Of a DNA stretch of 64,000 nucleotides, positions 47,843 through 57,003 are shown piece by piece. The position numbers were made by a program, and so were the translations under genes. The notes under the pieces are model-generated. The model was not told the DNA's origin and did not search any database. It saw nothing but the letters and a program-made list of their open reading frames with translations. The stretch is from a virus. The DNA lies in the IMG/VR virus record IMGVR_UViG_3300009496_000005, positions 13,149 through 77,148 of that record. One strand, 5' to 3'. The first letter of the stretch is position 1, and every line of letters begins with the position of its first letter.

Positions 47843-48804
47843 TGAGCAACGAGCAGAAAACAATTTTAGTTACAGGAGGCAGTGGATTTATTGGAAGTGT
47901 GACATGTAAGTTTCTAGTAGACTCCGGCTACAATGTAATTAATATCGATAGAACAAAAAGACAACAAGAAGGTGTGCATCAATATCCATTTGATATAGAC
48001 AATCATCAACTAGAAGGTGTTATTGCACTTACAAAACCAGATGCAGTTATACATTTGGCCGCTGACCATAGTGTGCCACTAAGTATAGAAGCACCTGCAG
48101 ACACATACTATAACAACGTTGCAAACTCAATTGCATTGTTAAAGCATTGTGTTAGGAATAATGTAAAACATTTCGTCTTTAGTAGTTCAAGTTCTGTGTA
48201 TGGCAATAGTGATTTCGTTTTAAATACAGAAACAGACCCAACCAACCCTTTAACACCATACGGTAAAAGTAAACAAATGATAGAGGAAGTCCTTAAAGAC
48301 TTTTCTAATGCTTATGAACTATCATTTGCAAGTTTGAGATACTTTAATGCCGCAGGTAGTTATGAAGGTTTAGGTTACACATTAGATCCAAAGAGTCATT
48401 TACTTCCAATAGTTGTAGACAAAGCACTGAAAGGTGAGCCGTTTACTATTAATGGTGAGGACTATGATACTAAAGATGGCACATGTGAAAGAGACTACAC
48501 TCATGTAGCCGATATTGCATCTGCTCATGTATCTGCACTTAACTATCTATTCGATGGTGGTGGTGGTGGAGTGTTTAACATAGGTGGTGGTAGTAGTAGA
48601 AGTATTAAAGACGTAATTGCAGAAGTTGAAAAGCAATTAGATTTAACAATAGATACTAAAGTTGGACCAAGAAGAGAAGGAGACCCAGACAAAACATCAG
48701 CCAATATTCAAAAGGCATGGGAAGAGTTTGGTTGGGAATCAACTCTTGATTTAGAAGATATAGTTAGAGATGAAATTGCTTATCAAAAAAGCCTACAAAA
48801 ATAA
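47842..48804 (+). CDS. galE: UDP-glucose 4-epimerase
   Basis: TGGSGFIG, HLAA, FSSS, YGKSK, LRYFN, RDYTHV. Confidence 0.9.
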   Translation: MSNEQKTILVTGGSGFIGSVTCKFLVDSGYNVINIDRTKRQQEGVHQYPFDIDNHQLEGVIALTKPDAVIHLAADHSVPLSIEAPADTYYNNVANSIALLKHCVRNNVKHFVFSSSSSVYGNSDFVLNTETDPTNPLTPYGKSKQMIEEVLKDFSNAYELSFASLRYFNAAGSYEGLGYTLDPKSHLLPIVVDKALKGEPFTINGEDYDTKDGTCERDYTHVADIASAHVSALNYLFDGGGGGVFNIGGGSSRSIKDVIAEVEKQLDLTIDTKVGPRREGDPDKTSANIQKAWEEFGWESTLDLEDIVRDEIAYQKSLQK

Positions 48805-48805
48805 C

Positions 48806-48834
48806 TTGACAAATAGGTCTAAAGGAGATATACT
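48806..48834 (+). promoter_or_regulatory. sigma70-type promoter (leaderless)
   Basis: TTGACA-N17-TATACT, ATG 6 nt later. Confidence 0.65.
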
Positions 48835-48840
48835 ATAAGC

Positions 48841-49320
48841 ATGGATAAATTATTTTACTCATACAATAACATGGTATCTGACTGTAGACATATAGTGCGA
48901 GAAATGGCGCATGAAAGTTACAAGCCTGAAGTTATAATTGGGCCTGGCAGAGGCGCATATCCTTTTGGTGTTATGCTTAGTCATTACTTTGAAGTTCCGT
49001 TTGAAGCATTCCGTTGGCAAACAAGAGACGGTGCAATCGAAGATTCCGAGACCTTAAGACACATTTTGTCTAAATACAATGGTAAAACAGTATTAGTTGT
49101 AGATGATATTAACGATACTGGCACAACACTAATAGGTATAGATGAAGTTATTAAAGGATCACAAAGAGTCGATATGGTTACAGCACATCAGGATATAACT
49201 TACTCTACACTATTTGATAAAGAGTCTAGTAAGTTTTCTAATGTTAGATTTACAGCAAATAATGTTTTACCAGATGAAGAAAAATGGATAGTATTCCCTT
49301 ACGAGGAGTGGTGGAAATGA
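48841..49320 (+). CDS. purine phosphoribosyltransferase (Gpt/Hpt-like)
   Basis: VLVVDDINDTGTT PRPP loop, WIVFPYE. Confidence 0.88.
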   Translation: MDKLFYSYNNMVSDCRHIVREMAHESYKPEVIIGPGRGAYPFGVMLSHYFEVPFEAFRWQTRDGAIEDSETLRHILSKYNGKTVLVVDDINDTGTTLIGIDEVIKGSQRVDMVTAHQDITYSTLFDKESSKFSNVRFTANNVLPDEEKWIVFPYEEWWK

Positions 49321-49526
49321 AAGAAGCACATATTAGGTCAGTAAGTAGAAGTAACCCTTCTAAAGGACAGTTTGCATCAATGTTTGTTGTTGACTTGTTT
49401 AAGAATAAAGATAAGATAGGTTTTATTGAACTTCCTGGCAAGAGTAAATACTATGCTGAAGACGTTGTTGAGAATTGGGAAACAGGTATAATTAAGGAAA
49501 ACAATGAGCACATTATCAAGTCTTAG
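49317..49526 (+). CDS. hypothetical protein
   Basis: ORF. Confidence 0.55.
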   Translation: MKEAHIRSVSRSNPSKGQFASMFVVDLFKNKDKIGFIELPGKSKYYAEDVVENWETGIIKENNEHIIKS

Positions 49527-49704
49527 TAATCATCTTAAAGTCTTAGAAGCAAGACACAAAGAGTTAGATGATAAAATTATTGACGACTACGAACATCACA
49601 TGGACGATACAGCATTAGCAAACGAAAAGATTGAGAAACTTAATCTTAAAAGAGAAATAGAAGAACTGAAGGAACGAATTAAGGAGTTAGAAGATGGCAG
49701 TTAG
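49504..49704 (+). CDS. YdcH/DUF465-like coiled-coil protein
   Basis: L...H.ELD..I...K.EKL.LKREI. Confidence 0.65.
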   Translation: MSTLSSLSNHLKVLEARHKELDDKIIDDYEHHMDDTALANEKIEKLNLKREIEELKERIKELEDGS

Positions 49705-50383
49705 TGATACAATTAAGAAAAGGCTACAAGAAGCCGGTGATAGGTTTTGGGCAGGAGATAATATTTCTGCACACATTCAAGAAGGTGAGAAGCAACAACT
49801 GATTGATGAACTTACTCCTAAGTTTGAAGCCGTGTTAGATGGTCTAGTTATCGATATTGAGAACGATCCTAACAGTAATAACACAGGCAGACGTCTTGCT
49901 AAGATGTATGTCAATGAACTAATGAGTGGCAGGTATGACCCTATGCCAGTAGCAACTGCTTTCCCTAATGACAGTAAAGATAGATACGAAGGCATGTTAG
50001 TTGTGCGTAGTGAACTTACAAGTATGTGTTCACATCATCACCAGATTGTTAGAGGTGTAGCATACATTGGTATTATTGCCGCTGACAAACTAATTGGTTT
50101 AAGTAAATATACTCGTATAGCACAATGGTGTGCAATGCGTGGAACATTACAAGAAGAACTTGCTAACGACATTGTTAGAGAGATTCAGAAGGCCACAGGT
50201 GCAGAGCACTTAGGTGTTTATGTGCAGGCAACACACGGTTGCGTAGAGAACAGAGGTGTTAAAGCACATAGCAGTCTTACACAAACAACTGTTCTTAAAG
50301 GTGCATTTAAAGATGACCCTGCTACTAAAAAAGAGTTTATGGATAATATTAAATTGCAACAATCATATGCGTGTGATAGATAA
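49694..50383 (+). CDS. folE: GTP cyclohydrolase I
   Basis: SMCSHH, IGLSKYTR, LQE, HGCVENRGV. Confidence 0.95.
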   Translation: MAVSDTIKKRLQEAGDRFWAGDNISAHIQEGEKQQLIDELTPKFEAVLDGLVIDIENDPNSNNTGRRLAKMYVNELMSGRYDPMPVATAFPNDSKDRYEGMLVVRSELTSMCSHHHQIVRGVAYIGIIAADKLIGLSKYTRIAQWCAMRGTLQEELANDIVREIQKATGAEHLGVYVQATHGCVENRGVKAHSSLTQTTVLKGAFKDDPATKKEFMDNIKLQQSYACDR

Positions 50384-50910
50384 TGATAGAAACTAGAAAT
50401 GCAACTAACACAATGGTCTTAAGTAGATCAGGTGTAAACATTTGGAATATTGCTGATATGCTTTTAGAAAAGAAATCATTCGAGTTCTTAATGAATAGAT
50501 TTCCAGTTACTAGAGAAGAAATATTTGCAGTTATAGATGTAGTTGCAGATAGTAAATGTAATCATGTTGAAGGCGATATTGAATTTAGAGATATTGGCAT
50601 TGATGGTCATGTATCTTTAGAAACTATAAGCATAAGCGAAGGTATGTATTTTAATATTATTTCCTTTGCAAGAATATGGTATCCTGAAGAAGATAACTTA
50701 ACATTCCTTTATGAGAAAGGACTGAGTTATATTTTGATAGAAATATTTACAGATATAAGTAACGGAGTAGATACCTATATAGATAATGATTTGCATGACA
50801 TAGTATATCATGCAGTCAAATATGCAGTAGGTCCTATAACTGATCCTAACTTTATTTTAAGTGGCTTACCAATAGAGGAATACAATCAAATTAAATATGA
50901 AACAACCTAA
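50383..50910 (+). CDS. hypothetical protein (DUF433-like N-terminus)
   Basis: SGVNIWNI..ML..KSFE.LM.RFPVTREEI pattern. Confidence 0.5.
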   Translation: MIETRNATNTMVLSRSGVNIWNIADMLLEKKSFEFLMNRFPVTREEIFAVIDVVADSKCNHVEGDIEFRDIGIDGHVSLETISISEGMYFNIISFARIWYPEEDNLTFLYEKGLSYILIEIFTDISNGVDTYIDNDLHDIVYHAVKYAVGPITDPNFILSGLPIEEYNQIKYETT

Positions 50911-51793
50911 ATTAAGATATAGCGAAGCATTTTATAGTGTGCAAGGAGAAGGCAGATTTGTCGGTGTGCCTAGTGTATTTTTAAGAACTTTTGGTTGTAA
51001 CTTTGAATGTGCAGGCTTTGGACAAGAACGTGGTAATTTAATTGCCACTAGTGAAATGCCATATGCAACAGACCCAAGAGCAGACAAGAACCACCCGGAT
51101 GCTTATAAGAGCATTGAAGATTTACCAGTCACTCCAATAGGATGTGATTCCAGTGCCAGTTGGGCAATGAAGTATAAACATCTACAGATGACAAAAACTG
51201 TAGACGAAGTAGTTGATCACATTACTTCGCTTCTTCCAAACGGCACATTTACCGGCCGACACGGTGAAGACATACACCTGGTGATCACAGGTGGTGAACC
51301 GCTACTAGGGTGGCAACGTGTTTGGCCGAATCTGTTAGATGAGTTACATAACGAATATGGTTTAGTTAATGTAACATTTGAAACTAACGGCAGTAAGTTT
51401 TGTGAAGATAATATGATTGAATACTTTAATGGTGATGGCAGTGGTATTCATGTAACTTGGTCAACCTCACCTAAACTATCAATCAGCGGAGAAACAAGAG
51501 AAGATACTCTTATGCCTGATTGTTTACTGTCAATGAATAAAGTTAAAAACAGTTTTTTATACAACAAATTTGTTGTTAGAGATATGATCGACTTTGATGA
51601 AGTTGATCTGTATGTGGATGCATACAAGAATGCAGGAGTAATATTAGACTCTATATTTTGTATGCCAGAGGGTGCTACATTTGAGCAACAAGCACTAACA
51701 GAAAAAGATGTTGCAGAGGCTTGTATGCTTACAGGATACAAGTTTAGTCCAAGATTACATATTAACTTATTTGGTAATGCTTGGGGAACATAG
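50897..51793 (+). CDS. queE: 7-carboxy-7-deazaguanine synthase (radical SAM)
   Basis: EAFYSVQGEG, FLRTFGCNFEC..GCDS, ITGGEP, ETNG, SPKL, PRLH. Confidence 0.92.
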   Translation: MKQPKLRYSEAFYSVQGEGRFVGVPSVFLRTFGCNFECAGFGQERGNLIATSEMPYATDPRADKNHPDAYKSIEDLPVTPIGCDSSASWAMKYKHLQMTKTVDEVVDHITSLLPNGTFTGRHGEDIHLVITGGEPLLGWQRVWPNLLDELHNEYGLVNVTFETNGSKFCEDNMIEYFNGDGSGIHVTWSTSPKLSISGETREDTLMPDCLLSMNKVKNSFLYNKFVVRDMIDFDEVDLYVDAYKNAGVILDSIFCMPEGATFEQQALTEKDVAEACMLTGYKFSPRLHINLFGNAWGT

Positions 51794-51802
51794 GAGAAAA
51801 GT

Positions 51803-52348
51803 ATGAATAAAATAGAATTAGATATCAAGAGTCCATGGGCATTATTGATTTCAATTGCTATGTTTGTAACATTTTTTACAGTAATAGTATTAGCAGATGA
51901 CGAAGTAGTAGGCCACACTGAACATGGCATTCCAGTATTAGAATCAGAAGTAACTGAAACAGATTTTACTGCTATAGGTTTAAGACAACTAGATATTAAA
52001 ATTAAAAGCATTAAAAAGATTGATACTAATGTATTAAACATAAACACACTAGAACTTACTTTAGATGATATTGTTTATACTATTATTGTTAGCGGTTGTA
52101 AACTAACAAAAATCGATAACTTTCAATGGCAGACTAGAGGCGATGGTGCTCTTAATGTTGGTGATTTTGCAATAGTAAGACGAAACCCATTTAAGTATTT
52201 TGATAATCCTGCTTTAGAACTTAGCAAAGAGCAAGTTGATGCAAAATTAAAAAATTGGGATTTAAATAAGAGGACCTGTCATATTGTAGCATTACAGAAG
52301 GCAGGTAAAATTAAACAACCTGGTGTCGTAGAGGGCATCAGAGAATAA
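51803..52348 (+). CDS. membrane-anchored hypothetical protein
   Basis: N-terminal TM; AGGAG SD. Confidence 0.6.
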   Translation: MNKIELDIKSPWALLISIAMFVTFFTVIVLADDEVVGHTEHGIPVLESEVTETDFTAIGLRQLDIKIKSIKKIDTNVLNINTLELTLDDIVYTIIVSGCKLTKIDNFQWQTRGDGALNVGDFAIVRRNPFKYFDNPALELSKEQVDAKLKNWDLNKRTCHIVALQKAGKIKQPGVVEGIRE

Positions 52349-52356
52349 GGAGAAAT

Positions 52357-52515
52357 ATGGCTGTATATAAAAAAAGAACAACCGGAATCACGCCTACTAG
52401 AAAAGCATCTAGTATTGGAGTTGGTGGTAGAGGTAGAAGTGTTAAAATTGCAACATCCACAATGAACAAACATAAAAAGCGATCTACTAAAAAGTATAGA
52501 GGACAGGGTAGATAA
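52357..52515 (+). CDS. 52-aa highly basic peptide ending KKYRGQGR
   Basis: AAGGAG SD; MAVYKKRTTGITPTRKASSIGVGGRGRSVKIATSTMNKHKKRSTKKYRGQGR*. Confidence 0.7.
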   Translation: MAVYKKRTTGITPTRKASSIGVGGRGRSVKIATSTMNKHKKRSTKKYRGQGR

Positions 52516-52707
52516 ATGTCTGCAATTGAACGAGGGCCGTGGCTTCATAAAGGGCATAAAGTCACGTTCAAATTGCTCGAAGATGATACTGTATTGGTTG
52601 AAGAACAATTTGGAGAATCAAAAGGTGTTCCTCAAAGATTAGATTTATATGAAGCAATAGAGTATCAAAAACAAATAAAGGAGATTGGATATGGCAAAGA
52701 AAACTAA
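52516..52707 (+). CDS. hypothetical protein
   Basis: ORF. Confidence 0.55.
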   Translation: MSAIERGPWLHKGHKVTFKLLEDDTVLVEEQFGESKGVPQRLDLYEAIEYQKQIKEIGYGKEN

Positions 52708-53200
52708 ACTACCATTTAGCATGATGCCTGCTAGTTGGGGACTTAAAGGTAAGTCTCGAGCAAGAGCAGAAGCAGAATACTATTATGAAGGCGATGAACT
52801 TGAGAAAGTGTTAGCGGGTATTGATGTAAACTCAGACGAAGAAAAGAGTATTGCTGAAATTAAAATTGATGTTAAGAATGGTAAACTAAGCCAATCAGAA
52901 GCAGATAAACAGATTGCAAACATTAAGAAAGAACCATGGGTTAATGTAAACAAAATGGGCGTTGACCCTGAGAATGCTAAAGCAGGGTTTATTGAACTAG
53001 ATTGGAACGATGAGTTTGTTTCGATGTTACAAGATAATGGCTATGTTGGAACAACTGACGAACAAACAGTAAACACGTGGTTTAATGATGTTTGCAGAAC
53101 AGTATTAATACAAGAAAAAGCAGACCAGGATTACGGATTACAAGAAGGAAGAAACGATGTCATCACAACAAGACAAGATAGAGACGAAGACAAAGATTAA
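52691..53200 (+). CDS. hypothetical protein
   Basis: EPWV...GFIELDWNDEF motif. Confidence 0.65.
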   Translation: MAKKTKLPFSMMPASWGLKGKSRARAEAEYYYEGDELEKVLAGIDVNSDEEKSIAEIKIDVKNGKLSQSEADKQIANIKKEPWVNVNKMGVDPENAKAGFIELDWNDEFVSMLQDNGYVGTTDEQTVNTWFNDVCRTVLIQEKADQDYGLQEGRNDVITTRQDRDEDKD

Positions 53201-53402
53201 ATTAGCAGAAATATCTGCTAAGATTGATCAGTTAGTTGCAGAAGAGTGCAATGATCTATCTTTTGAAGAATTAAATTACATATTAGAAAACTACGAAAAA
53301 TATCTAACATACGATCTTAAAAGAAACTTTACAGAAATGCGTGAAAAGAACTTGAAAGAATCTCCTTTTGATGCTATAATAAATGATAACTTAGGATTAT
53401 AA
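53157..53402 (+). CDS. hypothetical protein
   Basis: ORF. Confidence 0.55.
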   Translation: MSSQQDKIETKTKIKLAEISAKIDQLVAEECNDLSFEELNYILENYEKYLTYDLKRNFTEMREKNLKESPFDAIINDNLGL

Positions 53403-53403
53403 T

Positions 53404-54396
53404 ATGGAAAAGAAAACCTTTATACTTGTTGACTCTCTTAATATGTTCTTCCGTGCAAAGCATGTAGGCGGTGGCAAAGACATTGATATGCGTGTAGGTA
53501 TGGCTATGCACATTATGTTTAATAGTGTTAAGAAAGCATGGCGTGACTTTAATGGCTCGCATGTAGTATTTTGTTTAGAAGGTAGAAGTTGGCGTAAAGA
53601 CTTTTATACACCTTACAAAGCAAATAGAAAAGTAATTAGAGATCAACGTAGTGTAAAAGAACAAGAAGATGATGAATTGTTCTTTGAAGCATATAACGAC
53701 TTTGTTGAATACTTAGACACTAAGACTAATTGTAGTGTTATACAACAACCTAATGCAGAAGCAGATGACTTAATTGCTACATGGATACAAGAACATCCTG
53801 AAGACAATCACATAATTATAAGCACAGACAGTGACTTTTATCAGTTGTTAGCACCTAATGTAATACAGTTTAACGGCACTACTGATCAAATAGTTAGTCT
53901 AGATGGCTTTAAGAGTGCTAAGACAGGCGACTGGGTAATTGACAAAAAGACAGGCGAACCTAAGAAAGCAATAGATCCACAGTTTGCATTGTTTGAAAAA
54001 TGTGTTAGAGGTGACAGTTCAGATAACATCTTTAGTGCATATCCAGGTGCTAGACTAAAAGGCAGTAAGAACAAAACTGGTATCACAGAAGCATTTAAAG
54101 ACCGTGTAGCAGGCGGGTTTGATTATAATAACTTCATGTTACAACGTTGGGTTGATCATGAAGAAGTAGAGCATAGAGTTGTAGATGACTTTGAACGTAA
54201 TAAGATTCTTATAGACCTAACTGCTCAACCAGATGAAATAAAAGCAGAGTCTAAAAGAATTGTTAGTGAAGCAGTAAATAAGGAACCTGTTTCGCAAGTT
54301 GGTATACACTTTATGAAGTTTTGTTCTAAGTGGAACTTACAACGTATGAGCAATACACCAAATGATTATGCAGAGTTCTTAAATGGACAAATTTGA
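53404..54396 (+). CDS. rnh: T4-like RNase H / 5'-3' exonuclease
   Basis: LVDS.N, WRK..Y..YKANR, EADD, STDSDF.Q, GDSSDNI. Confidence 0.9.
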   Translation: MEKKTFILVDSLNMFFRAKHVGGGKDIDMRVGMAMHIMFNSVKKAWRDFNGSHVVFCLEGRSWRKDFYTPYKANRKVIRDQRSVKEQEDDELFFEAYNDFVEYLDTKTNCSVIQQPNAEADDLIATWIQEHPEDNHIIISTDSDFYQLLAPNVIQFNGTTDQIVSLDGFKSAKTGDWVIDKKTGEPKKAIDPQFALFEKCVRGDSSDNIFSAYPGARLKGSKNKTGITEAFKDRVAGGFDYNNFMLQRWVDHEEVEHRVVDDFERNKILIDLTAQPDEIKAESKRIVSEAVNKEPVSQVGIHFMKFCSKWNLQRMSNTPNDYAEFLNGQI

Positions 54397-54604
54397 TAGA
54401 GCCATCAAAAGAATTAAAGGGGAGTGGCCTAAAGACCCGATACCATGGATCTTTACTACTCCAGATAATGGAAAGACAGTATACAGAGCAATGAGAAGCG
54501 ATATATGTCCAGAAGAGTTTAAAGACTCATATGGGCAACCAATAAAGCAACTGTATCAACAAGGCGGAATACAAGTAGGGTTTGATAACACCTACGGAGA
54601 ATAA
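54383..54604 (+). CDS. hypothetical protein
   Basis: TPDNGKTVYR motif. Confidence 0.55.
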   Translation: MDKFDRAIKRIKGEWPKDPIPWIFTTPDNGKTVYRAMRSDICPEEFKDSYGQPIKQLYQQGGIQVGFDNTYGE

Positions 54605-54615
54605 GGAGAAATATT

Positions 54616-55140
54616 ATGGCAAAGGCAAAGAAGCAAACTAAATTACAACAAATCACTGAAGAAGCATGGTTAGTGACTAGGGGTGATAAGAAGATCGGAA
54701 TACTTAATGAAGATGTTCAAGGTAGATACTTTTACATTACAGGAAAGTCAGTAAAACTTTTTGATGATGAACAAGAAACTACTAAGTTCTTTGGTAATAT
54801 TAATCTATTTACAGAAACAATAAACGAGCCTACTACAAAGAAAGATGCTCTATATATAAAAGGACATTTAATTGAGTATGAAGAGGCCATTCCAATTGAA
54901 GTTAATGATGTTAGATATAGAGAAGATATTCCTCTATATTTAAAAACAGAAAGCAGTGATGTTTTATACGCCGCAGGTTGGTATGCAATCAACTTTGATA
55001 AAGCATGGAAACATGGCCATGGCCCTAAACTACAAACATTAGAAACATATGGATTTAAAGGTCCATGGAGAACTGAAATGGAATGTAGGAAAGAATTAAA
55101 ACGTCTTAATAAAAAAAAGAGACACAATGAGCAAGTTTAG
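54616..55140 (+). CDS. hypothetical protein
   Basis: AAGGAG SD; YAAGWY..PKL.TL..Y...GP. Confidence 0.65.
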   Translation: MAKAKKQTKLQQITEEAWLVTRGDKKIGILNEDVQGRYFYITGKSVKLFDDEQETTKFFGNINLFTETINEPTTKKDALYIKGHLIEYEEAIPIEVNDVRYREDIPLYLKTESSDVLYAAGWYAINFDKAWKHGHGPKLQTLETYGFKGPWRTEMECRKELKRLNKKKRHNEQV

Positions 55141-55318
55141 TGATCTTGTTGAACATGTAACCAACTTAAAAAAGTCTAATGTATCAGAAGCAACATTAGA
55201 TGTTAATTATCTATTTGAAGCACTTAGCGAAGTAACACCTCCATCAGGTAACAGAGATTCAGGCGGGCCTGTCAATGTAAGTGTAGAGTTAGATGGTGGT
55301 AAATTTGAAAAGCAATGA
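55127..55318 (+). CDS. hypothetical protein
   Basis: ORF. Confidence 0.55.
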   Translation: MSKFSDLVEHVTNLKKSNVSEATLDVNYLFEALSEVTPPSGNRDSGGPVNVSVELDGGKFEKQ

Positions 55319-55578
55319 GTTACGAATTACCAGAAGATTGCGGATATAACAAAATCTATAAACATCAATGGAAGACTGGTAACTATGGTATACCAATGTC
55401 TGCAGTCGAAGAAATAAACAACTTAATCTCAGGTAAATGGGGTTGGTATTTTAAACCATTTCCAGACATGAATTATCACGATGAAAAATGGTTTGAAAGA
55501 CAAGAATGCATAATTACTTTTGAAAGTAGATGGGAGTTTATACAAGCAAGGTTCTGTGTAAAAATTTCTGATGACTAA
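55315..55578 (+). CDS. hypothetical protein
   Basis: ORF. Confidence 0.55.
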   Translation: MSYELPEDCGYNKIYKHQWKTGNYGIPMSAVEEINNLISGKWGWYFKPFPDMNYHDEKWFERQECIITFESRWEFIQARFCVKISDD

Positions 55579-56407
55579 ACGTAAAATACTAATTACAGCA
55601 GGGTGTAGTTTCAGCACAGATAATATAAACTTACATACATGGAATTACTATCTTGAAGATGGATACGATGAAGTATACCATTTAGGTGCTGATGCCTATG
55701 GTAACAGATTAATAACAAGACGTGTTTCAGAAAAACTGTTAAGCCTAAACACACATAATGCAGAAGTAAATGTAGTTGTTATGTTTAGTGGTATTCGCAG
55801 ACATCATTATATATCCAATAGCAAACAATACTTACATTCACAACAAATGGTGGATGTAGCATTAAAACAATTGGATCAGATTAAAAACAAAGAACAGTCG
55901 CATTACGAAACTGCAAAAGAAAGTGGTGATTTAGATGCTGTTCTAACATCTAATGTAGGTCAACATGTAGACTTGCAAGGTAATGTAATAGATAATGATA
56001 GATATGCTTATATGTATTTTGTGCCAACAGTTGACGATAAGAGAGTAGAAGAATATTATGCAAAATTTACAAACACTATTAATGATTGGGAAGAAACATC
56101 ATTTGCAATTTTAAACTTGCAAGAATTATGTCATAATAGAAATGCTAATTTGTTTTGGGGAAACTGGAACAATGAGTTCTTTGATGTTTACAACAATAAA
56201 GTTAAAATACTGTATCCTCATATTGCTTGGGCATACGATAATTTAGAATTAGAAATGTGTTTTGATATGCAAGGTATGACACAGTGGGTAAGAGAAAACT
56301 TCACTCATGAAAGAGGCTTCACACAAGATAATTTACATCCTTCGCAACTAGCACATAAGCAATATTGCAATTCAATTATTAAACCATTTATACAAAAAAT
56401 GAAATAA
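55571..56407 (+). CDS. SGNH/GDSL-like hypothetical protein
   Basis: AGCSFS block I, GN, D..HPS. Confidence 0.55.
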   Translation: MTKRKILITAGCSFSTDNINLHTWNYYLEDGYDEVYHLGADAYGNRLITRRVSEKLLSLNTHNAEVNVVVMFSGIRRHHYISNSKQYLHSQQMVDVALKQLDQIKNKEQSHYETAKESGDLDAVLTSNVGQHVDLQGNVIDNDRYAYMYFVPTVDDKRVEEYYAKFTNTINDWEETSFAILNLQELCHNRNANLFWGNWNNEFFDVYNNKVKILYPHIAWAYDNLELEMCFDMQGMTQWVRENFTHERGFTQDNLHPSQLAHKQYCNSIIKPFIQKMK

Positions 56408-56415
56408 ATAAAAAT

Positions 56416-56646
56416 ATGAAAGTAGAAATATACAGCAAGCCGGCATGTCCATTTTGTGTTCAGGCTAAAGCATTAGCAGAACGAAAAGGGTATGAACTAA
56501 CATATAAAATGTTAGATGAAGACTTCACCAGAGAAGACTTAATGGAAGCATTTCCTACTGCTAGGACGTTTCCTCAAATTGTCGTTAACGGTGACAAAAT
56601 AGGCGGTTTTACGGAGTTCAAAGCACTGGTCGATTCACTGGATTAA
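56416..56646 (+). CDS. glutaredoxin
   Basis: CPFC, TFPQI, IGG. Confidence 0.92.
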   Translation: MKVEIYSKPACPFCVQAKALAERKGYELTYKMLDEDFTREDLMEAFPTARTFPQIVVNGDKIGGFTEFKALVDSLD

Positions 56647-56670
56647 CAGATGTTTTAATCACTGAAAAGT

Positions 56671-56678
56671 GATAAATA
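56671..56678 (+). promoter_or_regulatory. late-type promoter
   Basis: GATAAATA. Confidence 0.6.
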
Positions 56679-56700
56679 TATGTGTATAGGAGATATGCAC

Positions 56701-57003
56701 ATGAGTAGACCAAAACCGGAGATACTGCTAGAAGTAGTAAACAAATCAAACTATAAAGCCGAACAAGTTTTAAGTGCGGACGCAATTTATAGTGTATTTT
56801 ATAAAGGTAAACCTATAAACCTAAGAATTTTAAATACACTCGTAAGTTACCCTGGCCCTAAATATAAGAAAGTTTCGTTCTCAAATCCAGGACATGCTTT
56901 CAACTTAGCAGAGAGGCTTAACGGTGTTTTTACATCTGAAGATTTTACAGTTATTAAATTAACATCAGGTGAAGAAGTAACAGAAGATGACCTCAAACTA
57001 TGA
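56701..57003 (+). CDS. hypothetical protein
   Basis: AGGAG SD; MSRPKP..YPGPKYKKVSFSNPGHA.NLA..LN. Confidence 0.7.
   Translation: MSRPKPEILLEVVNKSNYKAEQVLSADAIYSVFYKGKPINLRILNTLVSYPGPKYKKVSFSNPGHAFNLAERLNGVFTSEDFTVIKLTSGEEVTEDDLKL

Noticed and set aside
51448-52047. 199-aa minus-strand ORF
   Set aside because: Overlaps queE and the next gene antisense; no recognisable motifs
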